The notes below the pieces were generated by a model. That model was not told where the DNA came from, did no database searches, and saw nothing but the letters and a program-made list of their open reading frames with translations. DNA of 64,000 nucleotides from Bacteroidales bacterium (lineage in GTDB: Bacteria; Bacteroidota; Bacteroidia; Bacteroidales; UBA7960), in contig JAHYJD010000008.1 of assembly GCA_019429365.1 (NCBI GenBank), positions 948-64,947 on the forward strand, written 5' to 3'. The translations under genes were made by a program, and so were the position numbers. Shown one piece after another: positions 40,254-49,280 of the stretch (position 1 is its first letter; each line of letters begins with the position of its first letter).

Positions 40254-42458
40254 ATGAAACACACAATGAGCAAAACATTTGGGCACATGCTGCTGGCTTA
40301 CATGCTGCTGGTCCCTGCCGTTTTATTTGCCGGACAGCCTTCGATCAGCCTGGAGCAGATTTGGAAAGACCGCTATTTTTCACCAAAAACCATTCGCCTG
40401 GGCAAATCCATGAACGATGGTCTGCACTACTCCATCGTCGAAAAACAAACCGATATCAATATTTATGCTTACGAAAGCGGTGCGTTTGTTCGCACGTTTT
40501 TTTCGACCGAAGGAAAACTTTCTGACGAAAGAGGCCGGCCAGCCCGCATTGAAGCCTACTACTTCAGCCCCGACGAAAAATCCATGCTCGTTGGCATAGG
40601 CCGTGAGGCCATCTATCGCCGTTCTTACCTTGCCGAATATCACGTGTGGAATTCCGAAAGCCAAACCCTGAGCCCCCTTTCAGAAGGAACCCGGCAGAGC
40701 CTGCCAACCTTTTCGCCCGACGGAACCAAGGTGGCCTTTGTGCGCGACAACAACGTGTTTATTAAAGATCTGGCAACCAATGCCGAATCTGCCGTTACCA
40801 CCGATGGCCTCTTCAACCATATTATTAATGGTACCACCGACTGGGTTTACGAAGAAGAGTTTGGGTTTACCCAGGGCATTCACTGGTCGGCCGATGGCAG
40901 CAAACTGGCCTACTACCGCTTCGACGAGAGTCATGTGAAGGAATTTAATATGGTGATGTATGGCAGTTTGTACCCTGAAGATTACCGTTTTAAATACCCA
41001 AAAGCCGGCGAAGACAACAGCCTGGTAAGCATTCATATTTATGATGTTGCCAGTGGAAACACCGTGCTTGTGGATACTGGAAGTGAAACCGATCAGTATA
41101 TTCCCCGCATTAAGTGGACCCGCGATCCCAATCTGCTGAGCGTTATGCGTATGAACCGCCATCAGAACCAGCTCGAAATATTGCTTGCCGATGCCACTTC
41201 CGGCGCCACCGAAGTGTTGTATTACGAAAACAACCTGTATTATATTGATGTGAACGACGACCTGACATTCTTGGAGGATGGCAGGCATTTTGTCATCAGC
41301 AGTGAAAAGAGCGGTTTTAACCACCTTTATCTGTATGATATGCAGGGCCGCGAGGTGCGCGCCCTCACCTTGGGTGAGTGGGATGTGCAGCGATTTCTTG
41401 GCGTTGATGAAACCCGCCGACTGGTGTATTTCACCTCGCACGAAGAATCGCCACTAACCAATAACCTTTATAGCATAGGGCTCGACGGCCGCCGGAAAAC
41501 CAAACTAACCAGCGGCACCGGCATGCACAACCCTTCTTTCAGTAGTGGTTTCCGGTTCTTCATAAACCAGTTCTCTACTGCCAACACGCCACCGGTATTC
41601 AGTATACACCAGTCCAACGGTAACCTGATAAAGGTGCTCGAAGATAACAGCGAACTCTTGCAAAAAGCGCGCGAACATAACTTCGTAACCCGCGAATTTT
41701 TCAGCTTCAACACTTCCGAGGGTATTTCGCTTAACGGATGGATTATGAAACCCGCCGACTTTGACCCCACCAAAGCCTACCCTGTGTTTATGTATACCTA
41801 TGGTGGCCCCGGCTCCCAAACAGTGGTCGATCGTTGGGATGCTTCCAATGGGGTGTGGTACCAGATGCTTACCCAAATGGGATTTATCGTGGTGTCGGTC
41901 GATAACCGCGGCTCTGGTGCCCGGGGCGAGTACTTTAGAAAAATGACCTACATGGAGCTTGGCAAATACGAAACCATCGACCAGATCGAAGCGGCCAAAT
42001 ACCTTGGCAACCTGCCATATGTCGACGAAAGCCGCATCAGTATTTTTGGCTGGAGCTACGGGGGATACCTTTCTTCGCTTTGCCTGGCCAAGGGTGCCGA
42101 TTATTTTGCCGGAGCTATTGCCGTGGCACCGGTTACCAACTGGCGGTTTTACGATACTATTTACACCGAGCGTTATATGCGCACCCCTCAGGAAAATGCA
42201 AGCGGCTACGATGAAAACTCGCCCATTAATCATGTGGAAAAAATCAGGGGCGCTTATCTGCTGGTGCATGGCTCGGCCGACGACAACGTGCATTACCAGA
42301 ATACCATGGAAATGGCCAGCGCCTTGATTGATGCCAACATACCTTTTGAACTGGCTATTTACCCCAATCACAACCACGGCATAGGAGGTGGCAATGCCAG
42401 GCTGCACCTTTATGAACACATGACACGCTTTCTGCGCAGCAATTTCCTTGATAATTAG
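40254..42458 (+). CDS. Dipeptidyl-peptidase IV (S9B prolyl oligopeptidase family)
   Basis: Signal peptide, DPP-IV N-terminal beta-propeller region, catalytic GWSYGGY, later Asp/His motifs (GSADDNVH, HNHG). Confidence 0.9.
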   Translation: MKHTMSKTFGHMLLAYMLLVPAVLFAGQPSISLEQIWKDRYFSPKTIRLGKSMNDGLHYSIVEKQTDINIYAYESGAFVRTFFSTEGKLSDERGRPARIEAYYFSPDEKSMLVGIGREAIYRRSYLAEYHVWNSESQTLSPLSEGTRQSLPTFSPDGTKVAFVRDNNVFIKDLATNAESAVTTDGLFNHIINGTTDWVYEEEFGFTQGIHWSADGSKLAYYRFDESHVKEFNMVMYGSLYPEDYRFKYPKAGEDNSLVSIHIYDVASGNTVLVDTGSETDQYIPRIKWTRDPNLLSVMRMNRHQNQLEILLADATSGATEVLYYENNLYYIDVNDDLTFLEDGRHFVISSEKSGFNHLYLYDMQGREVRALTLGEWDVQRFLGVDETRRLVYFTSHEESPLTNNLYSIGLDGRRKTKLTSGTGMHNPSFSSGFRFFINQFSTANTPPVFSIHQSNGNLIKVLEDNSELLQKAREHNFVTREFFSFNTSEGISLNGWIMKPADFDPTKAYPVFMYTYGGPGSQTVVDRWDASNGVWYQMLTQMGFIVVSVDNRGSGARGEYFRKMTYMELGKYETIDQIEAAKYLGNLPYVDESRISIFGWSYGGYLSSLCLAKGADYFAGAIAVAPVTNWRFYDTIYTERYMRTPQENASGYDENSPINHVEKIRGAYLLVHGSADDNVHYQNTMEMASALIDANIPFELAIYPNHNHGIGGGNARLHLYEHMTRFLRSNFLDN

Positions 42459-42507
42459 GCAGAAGATGAGATTTTTAAAAAGAAAGTACAAAATAAGTAC
42501 CTGATAT

Positions 42508-42538
42508 TTTGAATAATAAAAAAGTCTTTTTACCTTTG
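42508..42538 (+). promoter_or_regulatory. Bacteroidetes-type promoter candidate for rpsU
   Basis: TTTG (42508-11), then 19 nt, then TACCTTTG (42531-38). Confidence 0.5.
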
Positions 42539-42601
42539 CACTCCCTTTTGGAAAAGATCTTTACAGAAAGTATTTAACATAACACAAAGAAAGAGGTTAG
42601 C

Positions 42602-42799
42602 ATGATCATTGTACCTGTAAAAGAAGGCGAAAACATTGACCGCGTTTTGAAGAAACTCAAACGTAAATTCGAAAAAACCGGTATTCTTAGGGAACTCAGG
42701 GAAAGGCAGAAATTTACCAAGCCTTCGGTGAAGAACCGTGAGCAGCGTTTAAAAGCCATTTACATCCAGCAATTGCAGGATCAGAAAGATTCCATGTAG
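42602..42799 (+). CDS. rpsU: 30S ribosomal protein bS21
   Basis: MIIVPVKEGENIDRVLKKLKRKFEKTGILRELRERQ.F.KPS, 65 aa. Confidence 0.93.
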   Translation: MIIVPVKEGENIDRVLKKLKRKFEKTGILRELRERQKFTKPSVKNREQRLKAIYIQQLQDQKDSM

Positions 42800-42821
42800 T
42801 TTTCCCGCTCAGGCATTTTTT

Positions 42822-42886
42822 AGAAGAAATTTTTGCTTATGCTGCTTTTTTGGCATAATTTTAAGCAAAGATTTCTTCTTTTTTTG
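42822..42886 (+). terminator. Long imperfect hairpin plus T7 run after rpsU; terminator or attenuator 12 nt before the xerC ATG
   Basis: AGAAGAAAT/ATTTCTTCT, TTTGCTTA/TAAGCAAA and ATGC/GCAT nested inverted repeats (42822-42879), followed by T-run 42880-86. Confidence 0.6.
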
Positions 42887-42898
42887 TTTGGTTAAATC

Positions 42899-43789
42899 AT
42901 GACGTTGAATACCGATAATTTTTTGCATTACCTCGAGCGCGAGAAGCGCTATTCGGCCCACACCATCCTGGCCTACCACAACGACCTGCAACAGTTTACC
43001 GATTATTTATCAGATCAATACGGCATTGATGAAATTTCAGTAGCCACTGCGCCCATGATTCGCTCCTGGCTTGCCGGAGCCATGCAGCAGGGCCTTTCGA
43101 GAACTTCCATCAACCGCAAACTTTCTACTCTCAAATCATATTTCCGGTATGCCGGGCGCCGCGATCCTGATCTGAAAAACCCAATGGAAAAAGTTGGAAG
43201 CCTTAAAAAGAACAAAGTGCTGCCAGTGTTTGTTGAAGAAGAAGGAATGAATCAATTGCTCGACCGTTCGGTTTTTGAACCGGGTTTTGCCGGCCAACGC
43301 GACAGGCTTATGCTAGAAATGCTCTATACCACCGGTATGCGACTGTCGGAACTGATTGGTTTGCAGCACCATGATTTTGACACCGAAAAAAACACCATAA
43401 AAGTTACGGGCAAGGGTGCGAAACAGCGTATAGTTCCCGTTATACAAGAGGTAAGTGATCACTATGATGATTATTGCCTTGAAAAGGAAAAGGAATTTGG
43501 ATTGTCAGTAAGCGGCCATATTTTTGTTACCAACAAGGGTAGTAAGATTTATCCGAAATTTGTATATCGGCTGGTAAATGCTTACCTTAGTAAAGTAACT
43601 ACCAGAAGCCGGAAAAGCCCCCATGTGCTCAGGCATACCTTTGCAACACACATGCTAAACCATGGGGCCGATCTGAATGCCATTAAGGAAATTCTGGGCC
43701 ATGCCAGTTTGTCGGCAACACAGGTATACACACATAATAGTATTGAGAAAATCAAGAATGTTTATAAACAAGCCCATCCAAAGGCATAA
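42899..43789 (+). CDS. xerC: Tyrosine recombinase XerC/XerD family (chromosome dimer resolution type)
   Basis: SAM-like N-terminal domain (YSAHTILAYHNDL) and catalytic RHxxR...HxxLGH...Y (HVLRHTFATH, LGHASLSATQVYTH). Confidence 0.8.
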   Translation: MTLNTDNFLHYLEREKRYSAHTILAYHNDLQQFTDYLSDQYGIDEISVATAPMIRSWLAGAMQQGLSRTSINRKLSTLKSYFRYAGRRDPDLKNPMEKVGSLKKNKVLPVFVEEEGMNQLLDRSVFEPGFAGQRDRLMLEMLYTTGMRLSELIGLQHHDFDTEKNTIKVTGKGAKQRIVPVIQEVSDHYDDYCLEKEKEFGLSVSGHIFVTNKGSKIYPKFVYRLVNAYLSKVTTRSRKSPHVLRHTFATHMLNHGADLNAIKEILGHASLSATQVYTHNSIEKIKNVYKQAHPKA

Positions 43790-43806
43790 AAGTGGAGGAC
43801 CAATTT

Positions 43807-44106
43807 ATGAAAGTAAACATCAGTTCATTGCATTTTAAATCAGATGTTAAACTGGAAGAATTTATTAAGGACAAAACTTCGAAACTTTCCAATCACTTCG
43901 ACGGGGTGCTGGGTTGTGATGTTACGCTCAAGCTCGATGCGGCCCAGAACAATGAAAATAAGATTGTAGAGATGAAAGTTATGATTCCGGGCAATGATCT
44001 GTTCTCCAAAAAGCAAGCCCGTACTTTCGAAGAAGCAACCGACAATGCAGTGGATGCATTAAGACGCCAGCTTCAGCGCCATAAGGAGAAAGTAAAGGGT
44101 GTTTAA
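43807..44106 (+). CDS. hpf: Ribosome hibernation promoting factor (HPF/RaiA, short form)
   Basis: About 100 aa sigma-54-modulation/S30EA-like (F..DVKLEEFI..K..KL). The ATG at 43807 is preceded by GGAGGA. Confidence 0.8.
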   Translation: MKVNISSLHFKSDVKLEEFIKDKTSKLSNHFDGVLGCDVTLKLDAAQNNENKIVEMKVMIPGNDLFSKKQARTFEEATDNAVDALRRQLQRHKEKVKGV

Positions 44107-44145
44107 ACTACCTTCGGGATTTTTTTGAAAAAAAAACTTTTTATC

Positions 44146-44176
44146 TTTGGTAGTTTTTAAATCTTTCGTACATTTG
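44146..44176 (+). promoter_or_regulatory. Bacteroidetes-type promoter candidate for the tRNA-tuf operon
   Basis: TTTG (44146-49), then 19 nt, then TACATTTG (44169-76). It overlaps the left arm of the hpf terminator hairpin. Confidence 0.45.
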
Positions 44177-44205
44177 CAGACCTTTTTAACGAGGTCTGCA
44201 TTTTT
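44175..44205 (+). terminator. Rho-independent terminator after hpf
   Basis: TGCAGACC (44175-82) pairs with GGTCTGCA (44193-200), with a 10-nt loop, then TTTTT (44201-05). Confidence 0.6.
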
Positions 44206-44253
44206 GTTGAAAGGCGATCAGCAAAAGGGTCAACAACAGGCAATCAAACAGCT

Positions 44254-44327
44254 GCCGATGTAGCTCAGTTGGCCAGAGCAGCTGATTTGTAATCAGCTGG
44301 TCGGGGGTTCGAATCCCTCCATCGGCT
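44254..44327 (+). tRNA. tRNA-Thr (anticodon TGT)
   Basis: Acceptor GCCGATG/CATCGGC, anticodon arm GCTGA-TTTGTAA-TCAGC, T-loop GGTTCGAATCC. CCA is not encoded. Confidence 0.93.
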
Positions 44328-44346
44328 CGAAAATTAAAAAGGTTCT

Positions 44347-44428
44347 GGGGGGATTCCAGAGCGGTCAAATGGGGCAGACTGTAAATCTGTTGGCTAAGCC
44401 TTCGGAGGTTCGAATCCTCCTCCCCCCA
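44347..44428 (+). tRNA. tRNA-Tyr (anticodon GTA), class II with long variable arm
   Basis: Acceptor GGGGGGA/TCCCCCC, anticodon loop CTGTAAA, T-arm GGAGG-TTCGAAT-CCTCC. Confidence 0.93.
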
Positions 44429-44476
44429 CAAAAAATAACAGGCGGTGAGTCTGGATCATGAGGCCCAAGGCCGAAT

Positions 44477-44493
44477 AATCCTCCTCCCCCCAC
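44477..44493 (+). repeat. 17-nt perfect direct copy of the tRNA-Tyr 3' end (AATCCTCCTCCCCCCAC)
   Basis: Identical to 44413-44429. It lies 48 nt downstream of the tRNA-Tyr 3' end, and the flanking CCGAAT resembles a degenerate T-loop. Confidence 0.8.
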
Positions 44494-44500
44494 GGAATAA

Positions 44501-44573
44501 GCGGAAATAGCTCATCTGGTAGAGCGACAGCCTTCCAAGCTGTAGGTGGCGGGTTCGAGTCCCGTTTTCCGCT
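44501..44573 (+). tRNA. tRNA-Gly (anticodon TCC)
   Basis: Acceptor GCGGAAA/TTTCCGC, anticodon arm ACAGC-CTTCCAA-GCTGT, T-loop GGTTCGAGTCC. Confidence 0.93.
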
Positions 44574-44592
44574 CGAAAGAAAAAAAATAAAG

Positions 44593-44664
<72 letters not shown>

Positions 44665-44718
44665 CAAACGAAAATATGTTGAATCCCTTTTTTTAAAAAC
44701 TTAAACACCCAGTTAGAT

Positions 44719-45906
44719 ATGGCAAAAGAAAAATTCCAACGCAACAAACCGCACGTGAATGTTGGTACCATTGGTCACGTTGACCACGGTAAAACCACCC
44801 TCACCGCTGCGATCACCCAGATTTTGGCTTCCAAAGGTCTTTCAGAAATCCGTTCGTTCGACTCGATCGACAACGCACCTGAAGAAAAAGAAAGAGGTAT
44901 TACCATTAACACTGCCCACGTTGAGTACCAAACCGAGGCTCGTCACTATGCTCACGTTGACTGCCCCGGCCACGCTGACTACGTGAAGAACATGGTTACT
45001 GGTGCTGCCCAGATGGACGGTGCTATTCTGGTGGTTGCTGCGACCGATGGTCCTATGCCACAGACCCGCGAGCACATTCTTTTGGCCCGTCAGGTTGGTG
45101 TTCCCCAGCTGGTTGTCTTCATGAACAAGGTTGACCTTGTTGATGACGAAGAATTGCTGGACCTTGTTGAAATGGAAATACGCGAACTGCTTTCGTTCTA
45201 TAAATTCGATGGCGACAATATTCCAATTATCCGTGGTTCGGCCCTTGGTGGTCTGAACAACGAGCCCACCTGGGTTGCCAAAATTGAAGAACTGATGGAA
45301 GCTGTGGATACTTTTATTCCGCTGCCCGTCCGCGCAGTCGATAAAAACTTCCTGATGCCCGTTGAAGACGTGTTCTCAATTACCGGCCGTGGTACTGTTG
45401 CCACTGGTAGAATTGAAACCGGCGTTATCAACTCCAGTGATCCGGTTGATATCATTGGTATGGGTGCAGAAAAACTTAAGTCGGTTGTAACCGGTGTGGA
45501 AATGTTCCGTAAGATCCTCGACCGTGGTGAAGCTGGCGACAACGTAGGTCTGCTCCTTCGTGGTATTGACAAGGATGCCATTACCCGCGGTATGGTTATT
45601 TGCAAGCCTGGTTCAGTGAAGCCCCACAAAAAATTCAAGGCTGAGGTTTACGTACTGAAGAAAGAAGAAGGTGGCCGTCATACACCGTTCCACAACAAGT
45701 ATCGTCCGCAGTTCTTCTTCCGTACAACCGACGTTACCGGCGAGATTTATTTGCCCGAAGGTGTAGAAATGTGTATGCCTGGCGATAACCTCACCATTAC
45801 CGTTGAACTGATCGCTGAAGTAGCAATGGACAAAGGTCTGCGCTTTGCAATCCGCGAAGGTGGCCGTACTGTTGGTGCTGGTCAGGTAACTGAAATTATT
45901 GATTAA
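44719..45906 (+). CDS. tuf: Elongation factor Tu
   Basis: [18 protein letters not shown] and NKVD GTPase motifs, 395 aa. Confidence 0.98.
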   Translation: MAKEKFQRNKPHVNVGTIGHVDHGKTTLTAAITQILASKGLSEIRSFDSIDNAPEEKERGITINTAHVEYQTEARHYAHVDCPGHADYVKNMVTGAAQMDGAILVVAATDGPMPQTREHILLARQVGVPQLVVFMNKVDLVDDEELLDLVEMEIRELLSFYKFDGDNIPIIRGSALGGLNNEPTWVAKIEELMEAVDTFIPLPVRAVDKNFLMPVEDVFSITGRGTVATGRIETGVINSSDPVDIIGMGAEKLKSVVTGVEMFRKILDRGEAGDNVGLLLRGIDKDAITRGMVICKPGSVKPHKKFKAEVYVLKKEEGGRHTPFHNKYRPQFFFRTTDVTGEIYLPEGVEMCMPGDNLTITVELIAEVAMDKGLRFAIREGGRTVGAGQVTEIID

Positions 45907-45960
45907 ATATATCAGTAGCAAACAGGGAGCAGGTGCCACCATCTGCTCCCTTGTGCGCAC

Positions 45961-46033
45961 ACGGGTGTAGCTCAATTGGTAGAGTAGTGGTCTCCAAAAC
46001 CATTGGTTGAGGGTTCGAGTCCTTCCACCCGTG
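45961..46033 (+). tRNA. tRNA-Trp (anticodon CCA)
   Basis: Acceptor ACGGGTG/CACCCGT, anticodon loop CTCCAAA, T-loop GGTTCGAGTCC. Confidence 0.92.
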
Positions 46034-46058
46034 CAAAATATTAGAATTAAAATTAATC

Positions 46059-46253
46059 ATGAAGAAAATCAGAGCCTATATCCGCGAATCTTACGATGAA
46101 CTCGTTCATAAAGTTTCGTGGCCTACCTGGAGTGAACTGCAGAACAGCGCAGTAGTTGTATCCATTGCTTCCCTCATAATCGCAGTCGTGGTTTATCTGA
46201 TGGATGTCAGCTTCAGCTCCATTCTTAAACAATTCTACCGTCTCTTTTTGTAA
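46059..46253 (+). CDS. secE: Preprotein translocase subunit SecE
   Basis: 64 aa with a single C-terminal TM segment (E..KV.WP.. motif), immediately upstream of nusG. Confidence 0.9.
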   Translation: MKKIRAYIRESYDELVHKVSWPTWSELQNSAVVVSIASLIIAVVVYLMDVSFSSILKQFYRLFL

Positions 46254-46349
46254 TCATTCGGCTATTGCTTGCGCTGTGCGTTCTGATATTTTTCTGATTT
46301 TCGACCATCAGCAAAGCAAGCAGCCGGGATTTAAGTTTTTTACGTTAGT

Positions 46350-46892
46350 ATGAGCGACCAGGTTAAAAAATGGTATGTGGTCCGCGCGGTCAGTGGGAGC
46401 GAGAAGAAAGTCAAGCAATACATTGAAAGTGAGATTTCTCGTCTCGGCCTGCAGGATTACGTATCGCAAGTACTGATCCCCGTCGAAAAGGTCTATCAGA
46501 TTCGCAAAGGGAAAAAAGTGAGCGCCGAGCGCAACTATTTTCCTGGCTACGTGCTGATTGAGGCTGCTTTGGTTGGGGAGATTCCGCACATCATACGGAA
46601 CGTTCCGGGGGTGTTGGGTTTCTTAGGCTCTGGATTGGAACCCGCCCCGCTTCGCCCTGCCGAGGTCAACCGCATCTTAGGAAAGGTTGATGAACTCTCG
46701 GGCAAGGAAGAAGAACTGAATGTACCGTTTATTGTGGGTGAAACCGTAAAAGTGACAGACGGACCGTTTAACAGCTTTACCGGAGTGATCGAAGAGATCA
46801 ACGAAGAGAAGAAAAAATTGAAGGTGATGGTGAAAATCTTCGGTCGTAAAACTCCATTGGAGCTGAGTTTCATGCAGGTTGAAAAAGAGTAA
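46350..46892 (+). CDS. nusG: Transcription termination/antitermination factor NusG
   Basis: WYVVRAVSGSEKKV NGN domain and a C-terminal KOW domain (GETVKVTDGPF). Confidence 0.96.
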   Translation: MSDQVKKWYVVRAVSGSEKKVKQYIESEISRLGLQDYVSQVLIPVEKVYQIRKGKKVSAERNYFPGYVLIEAALVGEIPHIIRNVPGVLGFLGSGLEPAPLRPAEVNRILGKVDELSGKEEELNVPFIVGETVKVTDGPFNSFTGVIEEINEEKKKLKVMVKIFGRKTPLELSFMQVEKE

Positions 46893-46967
46893 ATGTGTTG
46901 TTACGCGCATTTGCCCCAATCGGTATGATGTACTTCGATCCCCTTACTTGTTAAAAAAAATCGAAAA

Positions 46968-47402
46968 ATGGCAAAAGAAGTTAGTGCTTTAATAAAACTG
47001 CAAATCAAAGGCGGTGCAGCAAACCCCTCGCCACCCGTTGGCCCCGCATTGGGCGCCAAAGGTGTGAACATCATGGAGTTTTGCAAGCAGTTCAACGCCC
47101 GTACGCAGGATAAAGCCGGTAAAGTAATTCCGGTTATTATCACCGTGTACAAGGACAAATCCTTTGATTTCATTACCAAAACTCCGCCGGTTGCCGTGCA
47201 GCTGCGCGAGTTTGCCAAGATCAAATCGGGTTCAGCCGAGCCCAACAGGACCAAAGTAGCTACTATTACTTGGGAACAGGTACGGGAAATCGCAGAATCA
47301 AAAATGCCCGACTTAAACTGTTTTACCGTTGAGTCAGCCATGGAAATGGTTGCCGGCACGGCCCGAAGCATGGGTATCAGAATAAAAGGAGCAAAATCCT
47401 AA
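46968..47402 (+). CDS. rplK: 50S ribosomal protein uL11
   Basis: [21 protein letters not shown] motif. Confidence 0.97.
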   Translation: MAKEVSALIKLQIKGGAANPSPPVGPALGAKGVNIMEFCKQFNARTQDKAGKVIPVIITVYKDKSFDFITKTPPVAVQLREFAKIKSGSAEPNRTKVATITWEQVREIAESKMPDLNCFTVESAMEMVAGTARSMGIRIKGAKS

Positions 47403-47465
47403 TATGCTGGTATCAGGCAGTTTATCTGTGGGTATTAATTAACTAAAAGCTTAACGGAATCTAAA

Positions 47466-48161
47466 ATGGCTAAATTAACAAAAAACCAAAAAGAAGCTTT
47501 AGCTAAGTTTGATAAGGATGCGGTTTTCTCAATGGCTGATGCGGCTGAAGTCGTAAAAAAGGTCACCTATACCAAATTCGATGCTTCAGTTGACCTGGAC
47601 ATCCGCCTTGGTGTTGACCCGCGCAAAGCAAACCAAATGGTTAGGGGCGTTGTTACCCTGCCGCATGGTACTGGAAAAACCGTCAGGGTACTTGTTCTTT
47701 GTACCCCCGATAAAGAAGACGAAGCTAAAGAAGCCGGAGCTGATTACGTTGGCCTGGATGAATACGTTGAAAAGATCAAAGGTGGCTGGACTGACGTTGA
47801 CGTGGTAATTACCACCCCCAACGTTATGCCCAAAGTAGGTGCCCTGGGCCGTATTCTCGGACCCCGTGGCCTTATGCCAAACCCCAAAGCCGGTACCGTT
47901 ACCATGGAAATTGGTAAAGCCGTGCAGGATGTGAAAGCCGGAAAGATCGATTTCAAAGTGGATAAGTATGGTATCGTTCATGCTTCCATCGGAAAAGTGT
48001 CGTTCGACACTCAGAAGCTGGTAGAAAATGCGAGAGAACTGATCCAGACCATCAACAGGTTAAAGCCTTCAGCCGCTAAGGGAACTTACGTGAAAAGCAT
48101 TTATATGTCGAGTACCATGAGCCCTGGCGTTCAGGTTGAAACCAAATCAGTAACCATTTAA
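47466..48161 (+). CDS. rplA: 50S ribosomal protein uL1
   Basis: [21 protein letters not shown] motif. Confidence 0.97.
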   Translation: MAKLTKNQKEALAKFDKDAVFSMADAAEVVKKVTYTKFDASVDLDIRLGVDPRKANQMVRGVVTLPHGTGKTVRVLVLCTPDKEDEAKEAGADYVGLDEYVEKIKGGWTDVDVVITTPNVMPKVGALGRILGPRGLMPNPKAGTVTMEIGKAVQDVKAGKIDFKVDKYGIVHASIGKVSFDTQKLVENARELIQTINRLKPSAAKGTYVKSIYMSSTMSPGVQVETKSVTI

Positions 48162-48199
48162 ACTTAGGTGGCTAGTCACCTTTAAGATACTGACACTTT

Positions 48200-48721
48200 A
48201 TGAAAAGAGAAGACAAATATCAGATAATCGAGTCGTTGACCGAGAAACTTAAAGGTCGCGAAGTGGTATATCTGACTGACACTTCTGATCTGGATGTAGA
48301 AACCATTAACAAACTCAGGAGGTTGTGCTTCCGTCGTAATGTTACCTTGCAGGTGGTGAAAAACACCCTGCTTCGTAAAGCTATGGAATCCAGCGAAAAG
48401 AACTTTGAGCCGCTTTTCGAAGTGCTTAAAGGCGCTACCTCCATTATGATGGCAGAATCGGCCAACGTGCCCGCCCGCCTCATAAAAGAGTTTCGCAAAT
48501 CCAGTCCGAAGCCGATCCTTAAGGGAGCTTATGTGCAGGAATCTTTCTTCATTGGCGACGATCAGCTCGACACGCTGGTAAGCCTCAAGTCGAAAGAAGA
48601 ACTCCTGGGCGAACTTATCGGATTGCTGCAATCTCCTGCCCGCAATGTGATCTCTGCCCTTCAGTCGGGCGGCACCACCATTGCCGGAGTACTCAAAACC
48701 CTTTCTGAAAAAGAAGGCTAA
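48200..48721 (+). CDS. rplJ: 50S ribosomal protein uL10
   Basis: Position between rplA and rplL, 173 aa, L10-like sequence. Confidence 0.93.
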   Translation: MKREDKYQIIESLTEKLKGREVVYLTDTSDLDVETINKLRRLCFRRNVTLQVVKNTLLRKAMESSEKNFEPLFEVLKGATSIMMAESANVPARLIKEFRKSSPKPILKGAYVQESFFIGDDQLDTLVSLKSKEELLGELIGLLQSPARNVISALQSGGTTIAGVLKTLSEKEG

Positions 48722-48776
48722 AACTTGTTCAAAACAGAAAATCAAAGAAGTAAAACCAATTAAAACAATTATAAAA

Positions 48777-49154
48777 ATGGCAGATTTGAAAGCTTTTGCA
48801 GAACAATTAGTTAACCTTACGGTAAAAGAGGTTAATGAATTGGCACAAATTTTAAAAGACGAATACGGCATTGAGCCTGCCGCTGCTGCTCCGGTTGCTA
48901 TGGCCGTTGCTGCTGATGCAGCTGGTGAAGTTGTTGAAGAGCAAACTCAGTTCGACGTAATCCTTAAGGCAGCTGGCCCCTCTAAACTGGCCGTTGTGAA
49001 GCTTGTGAAAGAACTCACCAGCCTCGGACTTAAAGAAGCTAAAGAACTGGTAGATGGCGCACCTAAGGCTATCAAAGAAGGCGTTGCTAAAGATGAAGCA
49101 GAATCTTTGAAAAAGCAACTTGAAGAAGCCGGCGCAGAGGTTGAAGTAAAATAA
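48777..49154 (+). CDS. rplL: 50S ribosomal protein bL12 (L7/L12)
   Basis: The ATG at 48777 gives [22 protein letters not shown], an Ala-rich hinge and a C-terminal [24 protein letters not shown]. The track ORF starts upstream, inside the end of rplJ. Confidence 0.95.
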   Translation: MADLKAFAEQLVNLTVKEVNELAQILKDEYGIEPAAAAPVAMAVAADAAGEVVEEQTQFDVILKAAGPSKLAVVKLVKELTSLGLKEAKELVDGAPKAIKEGVAKDEAESLKKQLEEAGAEVEVK

Positions 49155-49171
49155 ACCTTCGCAAATACTTG

Positions 49172-49222
49172 AAGATTAGACTTCTGCCGAATTCGAAAGT
49201 TCGCTGTGGAAGTCTAATCTTT
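49172..49222 (+). terminator. rplL-rpoB intergenic hairpin (attenuator/partial terminator candidate)
   Basis: 13-bp perfect stem AAGATTAGACTTC (49172-84) / GAAGTCTAATCTT (49210-22), followed by a T-rich tract. Confidence 0.5.
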
Positions 49223-49280
49223 ATTGCTGTTTATTTGTTTCTCTCCTTTAGTTTTTTTTGTAACACAAACACCTCAAACC

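Noticed and set aside
41505-42491. 328-aa minus-strand ORF
   Set aside because: It is antisense to the DPP-IV gene, which has clear catalytic motifs. I recognised no motifs in the ORF.
42899-43789. The tyrosine recombinase as a marker of an integrated mobile element, given the tRNA cluster 0.5 kb downstream
   Set aside because: It sits between rpsU and hpf with XerC/D-like size and motifs. The flanks are core genes with no compositional change and no att-like repeats around it. It reads as a housekeeping dimer-resolution recombinase.
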